DNA of 64,000 nucleotides from Camelus dromedarius (taxonomy: Eukaryota), in assembly GCF_036321535.1 (NCBI RefSeq), contig NC_087454.1, forward strand, positions 20,460,001 through 20,524,000, written 5' to 3'. Positions 1 through 14,599 of the stretch are shown piece by piece. Made by a program: the position numbers and the translations under genes. Numbering within the stretch: the first letter of the stretch is position 1; each line of letters opens with the position of its first letter. The notes beneath the pieces were generated by a model, which was not told where the DNA came from, ran no database searches, and was given only the letters and a program-made list of their open reading frames with translations.

Positions 1-378
1 TAGGCCAAATCGAACCCAACTAGGCGAGGTTGCCTGGCCAAGCTATTCAGAGTCAAAGTCTGGAGAAGTCCTGGAAAGGGAGATTGTGGCGAATGAGGGT
101 AGAGTGGGGAATTGTGGAGCTGGTGGTGAATGATAGCGGCAGCAACCAGCATTGTATCTGGCAACCTCGGGCTCACCTGTGCTAATCACCTTATCCCTAT
201 GTTCAGGGCGCCCAGCCAGGGTCCACCCGTCTGCTCCTTCTCCCCTTCAATCTAGGGTGCTTCAAAATGAACTCTCTTCCTAACTGTCCCGTTCCCTTGA
301 GGGACCACCTGAGGCTTTCCTTACCTTTCCCCTCATATTTATCAATGCTTTTCCACCTCTTCTTCCTCCAGAAGTCTT

Positions 379-540
379 AGTGCTTTTCAAACTTTAATGT
401 GTATACGTATCATCTGGTGAACTTGTTAAATAGCAGGTTCTGATTAAGGAAGTCTAGGGTGGGACTTGCGAGTCTGCATTTCTAGCAAGCTCTTGGATGC
501 TGTTGCTGCTGGTCCACGGACCACACTTTGAATAGCATGA
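379..540 (+). mobile_element. MER5-like hAT-Charlie non-autonomous DNA transposon remnant
   Basis: Begins agtgcttttcaaacttt, contains gtctgcatttctagcaag and ends ggaccacactttgaatagc, resembling the MER5A/B consensus as recalled. Confidence 0.6.
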
Positions 541-1387
541 TTCTAGAATAATCTCATGCCATTCTCTTCACCCCTTGCTCTGTGCCCATTTAGTTTGTCC
601 TATATTTTGCATATATAACTAGTGTAACCTGCTCCACTGGGTGTATCAGTGGAAAACTGGTCCTCCTCTTCCTAATAAAAGGTGTAGGTCCCCTTTGTGA
701 TTCAGCATTGCTTGTCCAGCTCCCTGCACAGGCTCAGCCACCACAGCTCTTCAGGGAAGGAGAATTCCATTCTCAGTACCTCACTTTGGCTCCCTCTTCC
801 ATTTGCTCTCTAACACCATGCCGCTGTGCCCCAAACTACAAGGGCCGCGCCAGGACAGCCAGGAGGGGAGGTAATTTCATCACTAACCACAGACTTGTGC
901 CAAAACAGTCCCCTCCATTTCTGTGTTGAGCCTCAGATCACTAACCTAGACTTCTTTTCCCCTCAAGTTTATTTCTGGGTTCTGTGCCAGAGTAACCTTA
1001 GTCCACTGTGACTAAGGCTAAATACTCTGATTCTTAGAATCCCCGTGTTCCTATTGAAAATTAACCTACCTTTTCTCCCTCCCTCTTCCCCTTTTCATTT
1101 CAGGGATTTCTGGGAAAGGCAGAAAGTTAAGAATAGTCACAAAAGATTTGATTATACCCTAATCCCTGGACAAAGATTGCTAATTTGTATTATGTGTGCC
1201 TTAACTGAGAGGTCCACTCCAATGACCCTTTGAAGATTTGTTTCTCTCAGCTGAAAGAAACTATACTCTGTTACAAGTGTATTGCTTTGTAATGTTCTCT
1301 TACTGTTTTCTGTGTGTTTCAGTTCCATCACTGGAACACAATCCACAGGGCATGGATCTTGTCTCTATTTCTTTTGTTTCCTTCTTC

Positions 1388-1680
1388 TCCATTCATTCAT
1401 TCAACAAATATTTATTGAGCATCTGCTATGTTCCAGGCAGAATGGTAGGAACTGGGGATACTTAGACAGTCTCTGCTCTCATGGAACTTATAGTCTGGCC
1501 ATGGAGAATAAGTAATTACAGCGGTATGAAGAAGTGTGTGTGATGCCATGAGAGTGAATGAGAGATGAGGGCATACTTCTTGAGAATGAGGCATTTTTTG
1601 CTGCCATCTAAAGAATGAGTTAGAGCTGAACCTCTGAGAATACACCAAAAGACGCCATACTGAGGAAAACTGAATTAAAT
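1388..1680 (-). mobile_element. L2 LINE 3' fragment
   Basis: Characteristic antisense L2 tail cattcattcattcaacaaatatttattgagcatctgctatgttccaggc. Confidence 0.6.
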
Positions 1681-2616
1681 AGTCAAATTTGTCTCCTTAA
1701 GAGAATCCCTTGTCACCATTGTGACTATACATAAAAACAAACATAGGCACTGAAACCCCTAAAAACAGTAATCCAAATCATCCAAAATGAAAATATTTTT
1801 ATTTTTAAGAAGATGATCCATTAAAATGAAAACACAAAATTTCTAAGTTTTATAAGAGGACTGAGAAGTCCCCAGAGAAGACATTCATGGATCTGTAGGT
1901 TCCCCAGGTCTCAGCTTGAGAAACACAGGACTAGGAAGGGGCCAAGAGGTGAAAGCTCAGAAATGGGCAGTAGCCTAAGCTGCCCCCGCAAAGTATTACT
2001 GCATGAATGTTGATGGACTCACACTGCTTGCTCTCTCCCAGTTCCCTGCCCCATGAGTCCTATTATGCTAGGGCTCAGTTCTCTGGAGACAGTCACTAAA
2101 GAATCAGCAAGAAGGGATACAAACCCGGAGGATTATATCCCCAGGCCTGGCTAGAGAACGTGGGCTCTCAGAGGACCTGGCCATATTCTACTGCTCTCCT
2201 TGCCCTGCCCCATTAAGGGCATTGTTTTGCCTTCATTAAAGATCTAGGCTGATGGCAGAACCCAGGGAGATGTTCATGAGCTGGTGTGGGGTAATTGTGA
2301 GCTACTGGTGGTTCCATGTTGTTTCAGCACACACAGAGCATGACACTTCCCCTCCAAATGGGTGACCTAAGATTCTGTAAGCAGATAGGGTAGTGGGGTC
2401 CCCATAAGAAAAGAACCAGATAATAGCTTTTTAACATAAGAGAAGCCATTTGAGGCCCAAGCCATTTTGTGATCTAAGCCTAGCCACAATGCTTGCCCTT
2501 GAACGGGTCTCAATCATAAAGATTTTAAGGGGAACAATGCAATGCAATACCAGGCAAAAGAAGTAACAATAGCAAAGACAATGAATCAGTTGTAAAGGCT
2601 TCCAGTTCTATTCAAG

Positions 2617-3592
2617 GTCTTTAGTGTTTCCATACAAACTTAAAAATTTCTTTTGTTCCAGTTCTGTGAAAAATGCCATTAGTAATTTGATAGGGATCAC
2701 ATTGAATCTGGATATTGTCTTGAGTAGTATGGCCATTTTAACAATATTGATTCTTCCAATCCAAGAACGTGGTCTATCTTCCCATCTGTTTGTGTCATCT
2801 TCAATTTCTTTCATCAGAGTGTTACAGTTTTCAGAGTACAGGTCTTTTGCCTCCCTAGGTAGGTTTATTCCTAGGTATTTTATTCTTTTTGATGTGATGG
2901 TAAATGGGATTGTTTCCTTAATTTCTTTTTATGATATTTCATTGTTAGTGTGTAGAGATGCAACAGATTTCTGTCTATTAATTTTGTATCCTGCAACTTT
3001 ACCAAATTCATCTGGTAACATCTTTAGTATTTTCTATGTATAGTATCATGTCATCTGCAAACAGTGGCAGTTTTACTCCCCCCCCCCTCAACTTGGACCA
3101 CTTTTATTTCCTTTTCTTCTCTGATTGCTGTACTTCCAAAACTATGTTGAATGAAAGTGGCGAGAGTAAACATTCTTGTCTTTTTCCTGATCTTAGAGGA
3201 AATGCTTTCAGCTTTTCACCATTGAGTATGATGTTAGCTGTGGGTTTGTCATGTGTGGATTTGATTATGTTGAAATACGTTCTCTGTATGCCCACTTTAT
3301 GGAGCATTTTTAATTGTAAATGGATGTTGAACTTTTTTAATGGAGGTACTAGGGATTGAACCCAGGACTTCGTGCATGCCAAGGATGTGCTCTACCACTG
3401 AGCTATTACCCTCTTCCTGAGGTTGAATTTTATCAAAAGCTTTTTCTGCCTCTCTTGAGCTGAGCATATGGTTTTTATTCCTCAAATGTGTTAATGTGGT
3501 GCATCACACCAATTGATTTGTGGATACTGAAAAGACCTTTCATCCTTGGGATAAATCCCACTTGATCATGTTGTATGATCCTTTTAATGTAT
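2617..3592 (-). mobile_element. L1 ORF2 reverse-transcriptase-region remnant, interrupted by a SINE and bounded by an LTR
   Basis: Minus-strand peptides match L1 ORF2: [41 protein letters not shown] (catalytic FADD, ~3035-3065), [29 protein letters not shown]; frameshifted. Confidence 0.92.
3332..3421 (-). mobile_element. tRNA-Ala-derived SINE (camelid vic-1-like), short form
   Basis: Reverse complement gagggtaatagctcagtggtagagcacatccttggcatgcacgaagtcctgggttcaatccctagtacctcca plus A-tail; flanking gttgaa duplication at 3326-3331 and 3422-3427 inside the L1. Confidence 0.85.
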
Positions 3593-4018
3593 TGTTGGAA
3601 GACTCCCAGTTCAATTTCAATAATAAGAACTAGCCTGAAGCACTTTCTCGAGCCGTTTTGCAGAATTTAACTTCCCCTTCAAGCACTCAACCACTAGACC
3701 AACAGGAACCTAAGGGGTGCTGATGTTGACCTTTTCTGACCCTCTTGACTTCAGTCAACTAAAGCTTGGACTCTGTCAATCTTTGCCCAAATTCTATGCT
3801 AAATCCTCCTCTGCTCAAGCCTCTTCATGAATATATATGTACCCTTAGCTTAAAACTTCCCCAATTTTGCTATTCAAGAACACACTGCTCTGGGAAAGAT
3901 CCCTCGTGTTCTCCTTACTTGCTGCAAGTGTTAAATACCTCCTTCTCCCCATCTTTGGCTTGGTTGTGTCTTTTGACTCCACATCCACCAAGAGGAAAAT
4001 TCAGTTTTCCAGGGAACA
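3593..4018 (+). mobile_element. Probable solo ERV LTR
   Basis: Abrupt junction with L1; TG...CA termini (tgttggaa...gggaaca); U3/R/U5-like composition; family not assignable by eye. Confidence 0.5.
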
Positions 4019-4834
4019 GTTCTTTTCTTATCCATTCAACAATCCTTACTGAGGACTCAGAATTAGCCAATGACACATGGAGATAAATAGCGAACTCCCC
4101 ATCAGTAGTCTAACAAGAATAGTGATAGTTAACAAAAGCTCCAGATGCAGGGGCAAAAGTGATCAGTGGCAGGGAAGTTATTTCCAACCGGGGTGATCTG
4201 AAAAGGATTCCAAAGGGTTGAGCCTTGGAGGATGGCTGTAACTGTGACATGTAGAGATGGAAGGGATTTGTTGCAGGTGGAGGACGCAGCACAAGGCAGG
4301 AGATATAAGGAAGGGAAGCCACTTTCCACCCATATTATTCGTCTCCAGCTTGTCAGTCTCAGCTTTTCCAGAGTATTCCTGTACCCATTCGCAGCGCCCT
4401 GTCAGCAGGCATCAAGCTGGTTGGGAGTTTTTACACCCTCACATTCCCCTGCATTCCGTCCTCACCACATGGAACCATATGCCGCACTTACTGTCTGCCA
4501 GTTGTCATCAGCATAAGAGACAAAATTTCTAGCTTTCCAAAGGCTAAATAAATTTCCCCTTCTGTTTAGCTTTGATGGTTTCTGTAGTTTTTAGTTCTGC
4601 GGGATTTATGTCAAAATAGTTCCTCTCTCCTCTCTGCTCCTGATCCATTTTGCTTGTGCCTTCCTTATGGGCAGGGTTTTCAGGGAGGATGAGGCCTTGA
4701 AAGGCAGCCTTTTCCATTGTGAAATGTCTAATGATGATGTTTAATGATACCACCCCCAACCGTGAATGATGACCACAGTACCACTTGCTCTAAGTGTCTC
4801 ATGTATGTTATGTCACTTCTCCTCACACAACTCC

Positions 4835-7070
4835 GGGAGCTACTTCTTTAGTCATTCAGCAAATCTTTATTAAGGGCCTCCTCTGTGCCAAGCAGTGTAC
4901 TAGTTTCTGGGAATAAGACAGAGGAAAAAAGCCCTGGATCTCTTGTGGCTTATATTCAAGTGAAGAATAGGCAATCAAAATCAGTCACTAAAATATAATG
5001 TCAATTTTGTACCACAAGGGGGTATTAGACAAATAAATAAATAATAATCAAAAAGGAAAAAAAAAATAAAGTAGCAAGTGCTGTGAACACAATAAAGCTG
5101 GATAAGGCAATGGATAGAAAATGCCCCAGGTGTATATGGTGCTGTTTTTAATCAAGTGATGAGGGCAGGCCTCCTTTCGGAGGTGACATTTGTGCAAAGA
5201 CGTGAGTGTTGTAAGGGAGCAGGCATGCAGCTATCTGAAGGAAGAGTGTCCAGGGGAAAAAAAACACGAGTGCAGAGGCCCTGAGGCAGGAGGGAATTAG
5301 ATTTTTATGCTAAATTCATGGCAGCTAGAAGAAGAGCAAAGGGGCCAGAGTGGGTGAAGCAGAGTAAACAAGGGAAAGGGTTGGAAGGGATGCAGTCAGA
5401 GAGGTGGGGAGAAACTGGGTCAGGTAGGCTTCACAGGCCGAGGTAAGGGTTTTGTTCTAATTGTGCTTGGGGGCCATCAGAGGGTTTGAGTGAGATGAAT
5501 GACATTATCTGGTAATTTAAAAGATCACCCTGAGGATGGGGAGAGTATAGCTCAGTGGTAGAGTACGTGCTCAGCATGCACAAGGTCCTGGGTTCAATCC
5601 CCAGTACTTCCATTTAAATAAATAAATATATAAATACCTAATTACCTATCTCCCCAACCCCCCCAAACCTCAACAATGTTGAGTTATACAACAAATAGCT
5701 CCCCCCGGAAAAAAGAGTAAAAGATCACTCTGGCTTCTATATGAAGGAAGGACTGTATCAGTCAAAAATGAAAGAAGAAACTTCAATGAAGGGGCTAAGG
5801 TAGCATGGAAGCTTGGATTTGGGCAGAAGAGAGGGCCAATTGTAGAGTCCTGAGGCTCTCTAATATTTAGCAGTCTGGAAGACTTATATTATTATAACAT
5901 GTTTGTATGGTGATGGGAATGTTTCAGCAACGAGGGGAAAACTGATCATGTGGGCAAGATAGGGGATAATTTCAAGAGTCTCATTTCTGAGCAGGTGAGA
6001 AGAGATGGGATCCCAGTGCACAGATCGGGTGAGGACTGGGAGAAGGTCAGCTTCTCCGCCATAACAAGGGGAAGGCAATGAATTCAACAGGGATACAGGT
6101 AGCCTGGTAGATCTGGGGGTGGGACCATGAGGAAATTCTCTTCTGAAAGTTTCTATTTTCTCACTGAAATAGGAAGGAAGGTTATCATGTTGTGAAATTG
6201 TGGTCTCAGATTTGGGGAATGTGACCAACTGGGGAAATACAGGCTTGGCCATTTCTGGAGGCCTATAGGAAGCAAGACTAGTAGGTATGACTGTGTCCCC
6301 CCCCCCCACACACACACACACACATAGTCAGTTGTTGGGTGCAGGTGTGGTGCAGACAGGATTGGATGGAACCAGGGATAAAATGTGTGGAATGGGGAGG
6401 GGCCAGGAATACAAAGCAAGGGCTGAAAGGCAAATCCAGTGTGGAGACTTGGGAGCTGCAGTAGGTACTGAGGGAGGTGAGAAATGAGGGGATCAAACAG
6501 CAGAGGAGAGTGAGAGAGTCAATGAATGGGAGTTCTGGGTGAAGTTGAAGAATTTTTGGAACAGGGGTACTGGGTGGAGGAAGAGGGGGTGACATGAAAA
6601 AACTGAAGAGATTTTGGAGGTGTGGCGATTACTGGTTGTAACCAAGTCAAAGATATGATACAGGGCTGGGAGCGGGAAATCATCAACGGAGGTGAGGAAA
6701 GGAAGGAACTGACAGGGATGCTGCATGGTTATCTGCATGGATATTGAAGCCGCCAAAAATAATGAAATGGCAGAGGTGGTGGTAGAGAGGAAGGCAGTAA
6801 GCTAGATACGGTATCTTCAGTGAGGATTCAATGGGAGCATGATGACCCAGACTGAATCATGGGGAAATCTGAGCTCCCAGTCGGTGCTGGGTGTTCTAGG
6901 TGCCAAAGACTCTCCTGGATGATGGAATCTCTGTTGACAGGGGTGCAAGAGCCAAGGGAACCATGTTTGGAGGGAGTTAAGGTAAGGTGGGAGGAGAATT
7001 GAATTGAATACACTTTCTGAGGGAGGATTCTCAGTGAGGTGAAGAGATCTGAGAGCAGTCGTTTTCATTT
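4835..7070 (-). mobile_element. Degenerate L2 LINE tract (interrupted by SINE at 5533-5717 and a C/CA run at ~6295-6325)
   Basis: L2 tail at ~4845; minus-strand peptide DNLPSYFSEKIETFRREFP resembles the L2 ORF2 motif DLASYFTEKIEAIRRELP. Confidence 0.6.
5533..5717 (+). mobile_element. tRNA-Ala-derived SINE (vic-1-like), long form with taattacc/C-rich tail
   Basis: Head gggagagtatagctcagtggtagagtacgtgctcagcatgcacaaggtcctgggttcaatccccagtacttcca; 15-bp target-site duplication taaaagatcac(c/t)ctg at 5518-5532 and 5718-5732 (14/15 identical). Confidence 0.9.
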
Positions 7071-7374
7071 ATTTTTTTTCTCTGCTTAATTCCTTTTGAT
7101 TCAATTCATTTAAAAGATTGGTAGAAGAGGTTTTGTCTAGTGAGGATCTGAAAACCCCAGATAAGCCAGATTTTGCTCCTGCCTTCAAGTAACTCACTAG
7201 GTAAGGTGGGGACATCAAGATCTCAGGTGGGAAGAGATGAAGAGATGGGGGGAAAATCCCGATAAAGTAAACAATGTATCTAACTTAGACACAGGATCCC
7301 TTTCTCCTAAAAAAAGTTGCTGTGGTTGAAGCCACACCTTTTGGTCTCTCCTCTCCTGGTGGTCCTGGAAGTGC

Positions 7375-7555
7375 CTCCAGGCCTGTGATTCACAGCCTTG
7401 GCTGCCCTTTGGAATCAGCTGGGGATGTCTTAAGAGATGTTGATACCTGAGTCCCACTCCCAAGAGATTGTGATTTAATTGGTCTAGGATGTAACCGGGG
7501 CTTTGGGATTTTTAAATGCTCCCCAGATGACTCTAATGTATGGGTGAGAATCATT
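7375..7555 (+). mobile_element. MER5B-like DNA transposon remnant
   Basis: ttggaatcagctgggg...gggatttttaaatgctccccagatgactctaatgt...tgagaatcattg resembles the MER5 family. Confidence 0.5.
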
Positions 7556-8469
7556 GTTTCAAGGAATGCCTGGACCTTTTTTTTTTCCTCAAAGTTTAGA
7601 TTTTCTTTTATCCCCAGATTCTATTTTTATTTCCCAGGAATTGTTAATGGGCTTTGTTGGTGACATACTGATACTTCCTTTGCCCTTTAGGAATATTCAG
7701 TCTGGTAGTGATGCTCAGAAACCCACTGCTTTAGTCCGACTCATAGTAGAGAGAGATTCCTTCTTGCTGTGGTCAGGGGGTGAATTGGCCTGGGCCTTGA
7801 AGGATAGGTACATTTTGGCCAAGTGGGGATGCAGATGTGAAGCAAGGGAGAACACTGAGCAAAAGCTTAGATGTGGTCTGAAACATGAGAAGCAGCAAGC
7901 AGTTTGGTTTGTAACAGGCAGAGACTGGAGAAAGAGGTCTTAGATTTGAGAACAGCTGGGCAAAGACCTGGAGGTGGGAGTGATGATAATACAGCATGGT
8001 TCCGGAGAAAGCTGGATGATTTGAAATTATGGAAGGGGTTGAAGGCCAGATTAAAATTTTGTAAACAGTTGAGTAAGCAACAGGAAATCTTGAAGGGCTT
8101 TTGAGCAGCAGGGTTCTATAAGGAGTGTGTTTAGGGAGGATAAGCTGACGGCAGTGTCAAGGAAGACTTGGCTTAGGGAGCCATAGGAAAGAGGGAGATC
8201 TATTAGGGGAGTTGTTGCAATAATCCTAGGTGGGGTCATTTTTCCAGCAAGAGTTGGGGAAGAGTTACAGATCCAAAAGACACTGTGATGGTAGAAGTGA
8301 CTTGGCTTGACAGCTCACCAAAGGTAAAGGGAGGAGGGAGGTGGAAGAGGCACCAAGTTTTCAGATAAAGGAGCTGAGAAATGGTGCTGTCAACAGAGAT
8401 AGGGAAGGAGGTTTCCGATGGTATTTCATCAGTTTGGTTTGGAACATGCTCAGTTTAGGGGACCAGCAG

Positions 8470-8662
8470 CATGGTCCACGAGGCCAGATCTCCCTCTTTC
8501 CTATGGTAGAAGGGGTAAGGGAGCTCTCTTATAAGGGCACTTATCTCATTCATTAGCTCCCCTCCTCAAGACCTAAGCACCTGCCAAAGGCCCCATCCTC
8601 ACATTGGGGATTAGGCTTCAACACACGCATTTTGGGGGAACACAAACGTTGGATCTATAGCA
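8470..8662 (-). mobile_element. MLT1 (ERVL-MaLR) LTR fragment
   Basis: ttataagggcact..ctcattcat..caaaggccccatcctcacattggggattaggcttcaaca..ttttgggggaacacaaac..tagca is the reverse of the MLT1 5' end. Confidence 0.7.
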
Positions 8663-9488
8663 GAGAAGCATTTGGTTACAAATGATGTCTGAGTTTGGAG
8701 TGGATGATATTTTCAAGGGAAATTCTCAAAGAAGGAAAAAAAAAAATCCAGAGATAGACACTTAGGCAAGGGAGGAGAAAAAACAGGTGGGGAGAGAGGA
8801 GGAGGAGGGGTGATTTGAGGTGTGTGTGGAGGTAGGTGGGGAGGCAATAAAATGTCCCTGAACCTGAGAAGTCGGGAATCCGGGGTCAAGGGACAAACAT
8901 GGGGAGGTTCAGAGAGGCAGAGTACTGTGAAAATGCCATTGATTTTGGCTCCTGGTAACTTCTGGTCATTGAATACTATTTGAAAGAACAGTTTCAGTAA
9001 AGGAGGGAGTGGAAGCATATTTCAAAGGGTCAGGAAGCAGTGAATATGAAAGAAAGACACATCTCTAACAATAATACACCCTATTTAAGGGAGGGGAGGT
9101 GAGTGGGTGGTTGAGGAAGTACAAACAGCAAACATGAGTTTTTTCAAGAAGTTTGGTAAGGAAGGCATATTAAACTGGAAATGTCCAAAGGAGAACCCAT
9201 GATTTCCATCCTCCATCTGATCCTCATCCCATGTCTCCTATCTCGGTGCATGGCTTTCCTTCTAGATTATAAGCTTCGTGAGTTTCAGCGTTCACACCTG
9301 CTGTCTCACCAGCAACCTGCATGGAATTCAAGATAGGACCCTGTCTTGCAGGTGTACAGCTGAAGATACCAAGTCCACTGCTTATGCCACCTCCCCTCCC
9401 CAACAGGTCTCCTGGTTGCCCTCAGGATAGGAGAGGACAACTAGCCCCAGAAGGACCTGAGAGGCTATTGATCTCTTCCCTGGTGCTT

Positions 9489-9815
9489 TGCTGTGGTCAG
9501 AATGTTTGTGTGCCCCACCTGGCAATTCATATGTTGAAATCTTAATGTGCAATATAATGGTATTAGGAGTTGGGGCCTTTGCGATTGGTATTTAGGTCAT
9601 AAGAATAGAGCCTTCAGGAATGGGATTGTAAAAGAGACCTCACAGAGCTCCCTAGCCCCTTCTGCCAAGTGAGGATACAATGAGTCTACAACCCAGAACA
9701 TGACCCACACCTTACAGTGCTGCCACCCTGATCTCAGACTTCCAGTAAATTTCTGTTCTTTGTAAGCCACTCAGTGATAGTATTTTTGTCATAGCAGCCT
9801 GAAAGGACTGAGGCA
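9489..9815 (+). mobile_element. MLT1A/B-like MaLR solo LTR
   Basis: tgctgtggtcagaatgtttgtgtgccccac..attcatatgttgaaat..ggtattaggagttggggcc...tagcagcctgaaaggactgaggca; TG...CA ends. Confidence 0.8.
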
Positions 9816-10366
9816 GACTCCCACAGCTCTTTGCTCCCTTACCTTCCCTACACTGGAACAAAACACCAAGTAGAGCTCTAATTCAAGTTGTCTGCCACCC
9901 TCCAGCCTGCACACAGGAATAGCTGTGGGCAGTTGGCATCTTTTCCCTGCCCCTGACATCCTATCCCTGGCCAACTTTTTCAGAATGGTCTGCCTTCTTT
10001 CCACCCAACTTCGTGGCGTTCTAGGGGTAGATCCCTGAGTCTCCTTGTAAATCCTCCCTCTCCAAAGCCCTAAGCCCATTCTGGTACAGAGTGGAAAATG
10101 TGTGCTGGGTAAAGAAATTCCCACCAAGAATGGACCCCAAAGTCCTCCCCAGTAAGATTCCTAGGGAGGCCCCCACTCCCATATTTGTGTCTGTTTCTCT
10201 AGTGTCCTGGGACTCTATCTCCTCCTGCTTTGTCTTTGTCAGTTTTCTTTTTTCAACCCCCACCCCACAAGGGGAGATAAGGGGAGGTGAAAGGAAAAGC
10301 CAAAAGAGCAGGGTCTTTGCAAGGCTGCAGTCTTCAGAATTGCGGGTGATGAATCTACTTAGTCTA

Positions 10367-10372
10367 TTTAAT
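10367..10372 (-). terminator. Likely PRRT1 polyadenylation signal ATTAAA
   Basis: tttaat on the plus strand ~900 nt downstream of the PRRT1 stop. Confidence 0.5.
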
Positions 10373-11266
10373 GTTGTCTTTCAGAAATTCACACACACAC
10401 TCACACACAGATCAGAACAAGGTGGGGACTACCAAGGGGAGCAGGGAGTGTGGAGCGGGCCGGCTCCCTCGCGACACTGGGAGATTTGGACCCTGGGTTC
10501 CGTTCTGCCCGACTGCCCAGGAGTTGGGATAGGAGGAAAGGAGTATTTACAGAGAAGAGGGACGTAATCTTCATTTCAGGGTGAAGGTCCCTAAACTGGG
10601 AACCCCCTAAATCTCATTCCAAAAAAATCAAAAGTAGATAGAGGCTCTGGGATTAGCAAGAAAATAGGCGGGTATCAGGGTGGAAAAGAGACGGAAGTGT
10701 ACTAGCAAAAAAACGGGAGTGAGAGTTGCGGCATGGCTACCCCCGAGTTCGGCTCTTGCGCCAGGAAAAGGGGAGGAGTCTGTCGGTTTGAGGGCGAGGC
10801 CTGGCGCCACAAACCCAATCACCGGACTGAATCACCCCGCAGGGAAAAAAAGAAGGCGGAGCCTGCCGACCTGGAGGCGGGGTTTTGTCAGAGCTGGGGC
10901 GGAGCCTATGGAGGAGGCGGGGCTTTAGGGACCAGTCTCCAGGCTGCGGAGCAGTGACCCAGGGAGCTCGACTGGGGGTGCTGCATTTTGAAGGGGTGGG
11001 GGCCTGGAGCGACTGAGGGCCCAGGATTTGGCAGGGATCCCGGGAAGCGGTGTCCCTGTTAGTGTGTGTTTTGGCGAGGTTCCTGAGGAACTGGATTCGG
11101 AGCGTGCTCGCAAGGCGAGAGTTTCCGTGGAGGCCTAGTTTAGGATGTAAAGAAGTCCGGTGGCCCCAGAAGCGGGTGCGCAGGGCGCCCATTGGATCCG
11201 CGGCTTGACGGTAAAACGCGCTTGGGAGGTCGAGGGGCGCAGGGTGGGGCTGGGCTGGGGGCATCC

Positions 11267-13650
<2,384 letters not shown>

Positions 13651-14599
13651 GCCTGCGGTCTCCCTGGGACAGGATCCGTGCAGCCGGAGTCCAGAGTCGG
13701 GGTCCCTGGCTAGCACCGGAGTCTGGGTGCGCAGATTGCGCAGCCGGCAGCAGCGCAGAGATGGAGAGATGAAGACAGTGGCGGCGGCGGGCGGAGGAAA
13801 AGCGGGGGGGGGGGGGGAGCTTAAAGGGACCGAGGCGAGGGAGGGGGAGTGCTTCAGACGTACCCCCGCTTGGTCTCTCTCCTCCTCTCACCCCGGCATT
13901 CAAGCCCCCAGTTTGGGCTCCTTTGGAGTTGTCATGGAAACAGGGAGGCAAGCAAGACCAGGCAAGGCGGGTGGGACTAGGGGAAGGAAGGAGGGAGAAA
14001 GAACTCTCTAGAGTCTTCCCCTCCAAGACTGGCTGTAGTGATTATATTATGAGAGGAAGCCAAGCAGGTGCTCAGTGGATTCAATACCCCAGTTCCCTCT
14101 GGGTCTGGTTCACCCCAGTCAGGCCTCCCCCTTCTCAGCTTCCCTCAGAGTCCCTGTAAGATCTCAGGATCTTCTCCCAAACCTTGGCCTTAGTTCTCCC
14201 CTCTGAAGGAGAGATAACTATGAGAGAAAATGGCTTGCATAGCGGAGACCAGAGATGGCCTGGAAAGTTCCCAGGGTTCTGGCCTCGACCTGCCACCTTG
14301 GCCTGGGATGAATGGGGAGGGAAACCGAGAGGCTCCAGTTCATAGCAGTTTGGAGGTAGCAAGGTCTGCGGTGTGGTGGTGGTGGTGGTGGTGGGGTACG
14401 ACTGGAGGAAGCTTAGGGGATAGAGATACCTTCTTCCTCCACGGCCAAGGAGCTGAAGCGCTTTGGGAGGAGGGGATGAATCAACTGCTCATTGCTAGCA
14501 GCTAGGTTTGGGAATACGTGCTTTGTCCCCCCTCCCCTCCCCCTTGCTTATTGGGCTTCTTAGAGTTTCCAGGGGCCTCAGTGTTCAATCCATTCCTTT

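Noticed and set aside
4020-4760. Non-repetitive-looking block with short ORFs on both strands, possibly a decayed processed pseudogene
   Set aside because: No peptide in any frame matched a protein I recognise; needs BLASTX
5538-5612. Apparent tRNA-Ala(AGC) gene (also at 3332-3421, 19601-19763 and 40921-41057)
   Set aside because: Stem mismatches, TTCAATC T-loop, A-rich tails and target-site duplications show these are SINEs
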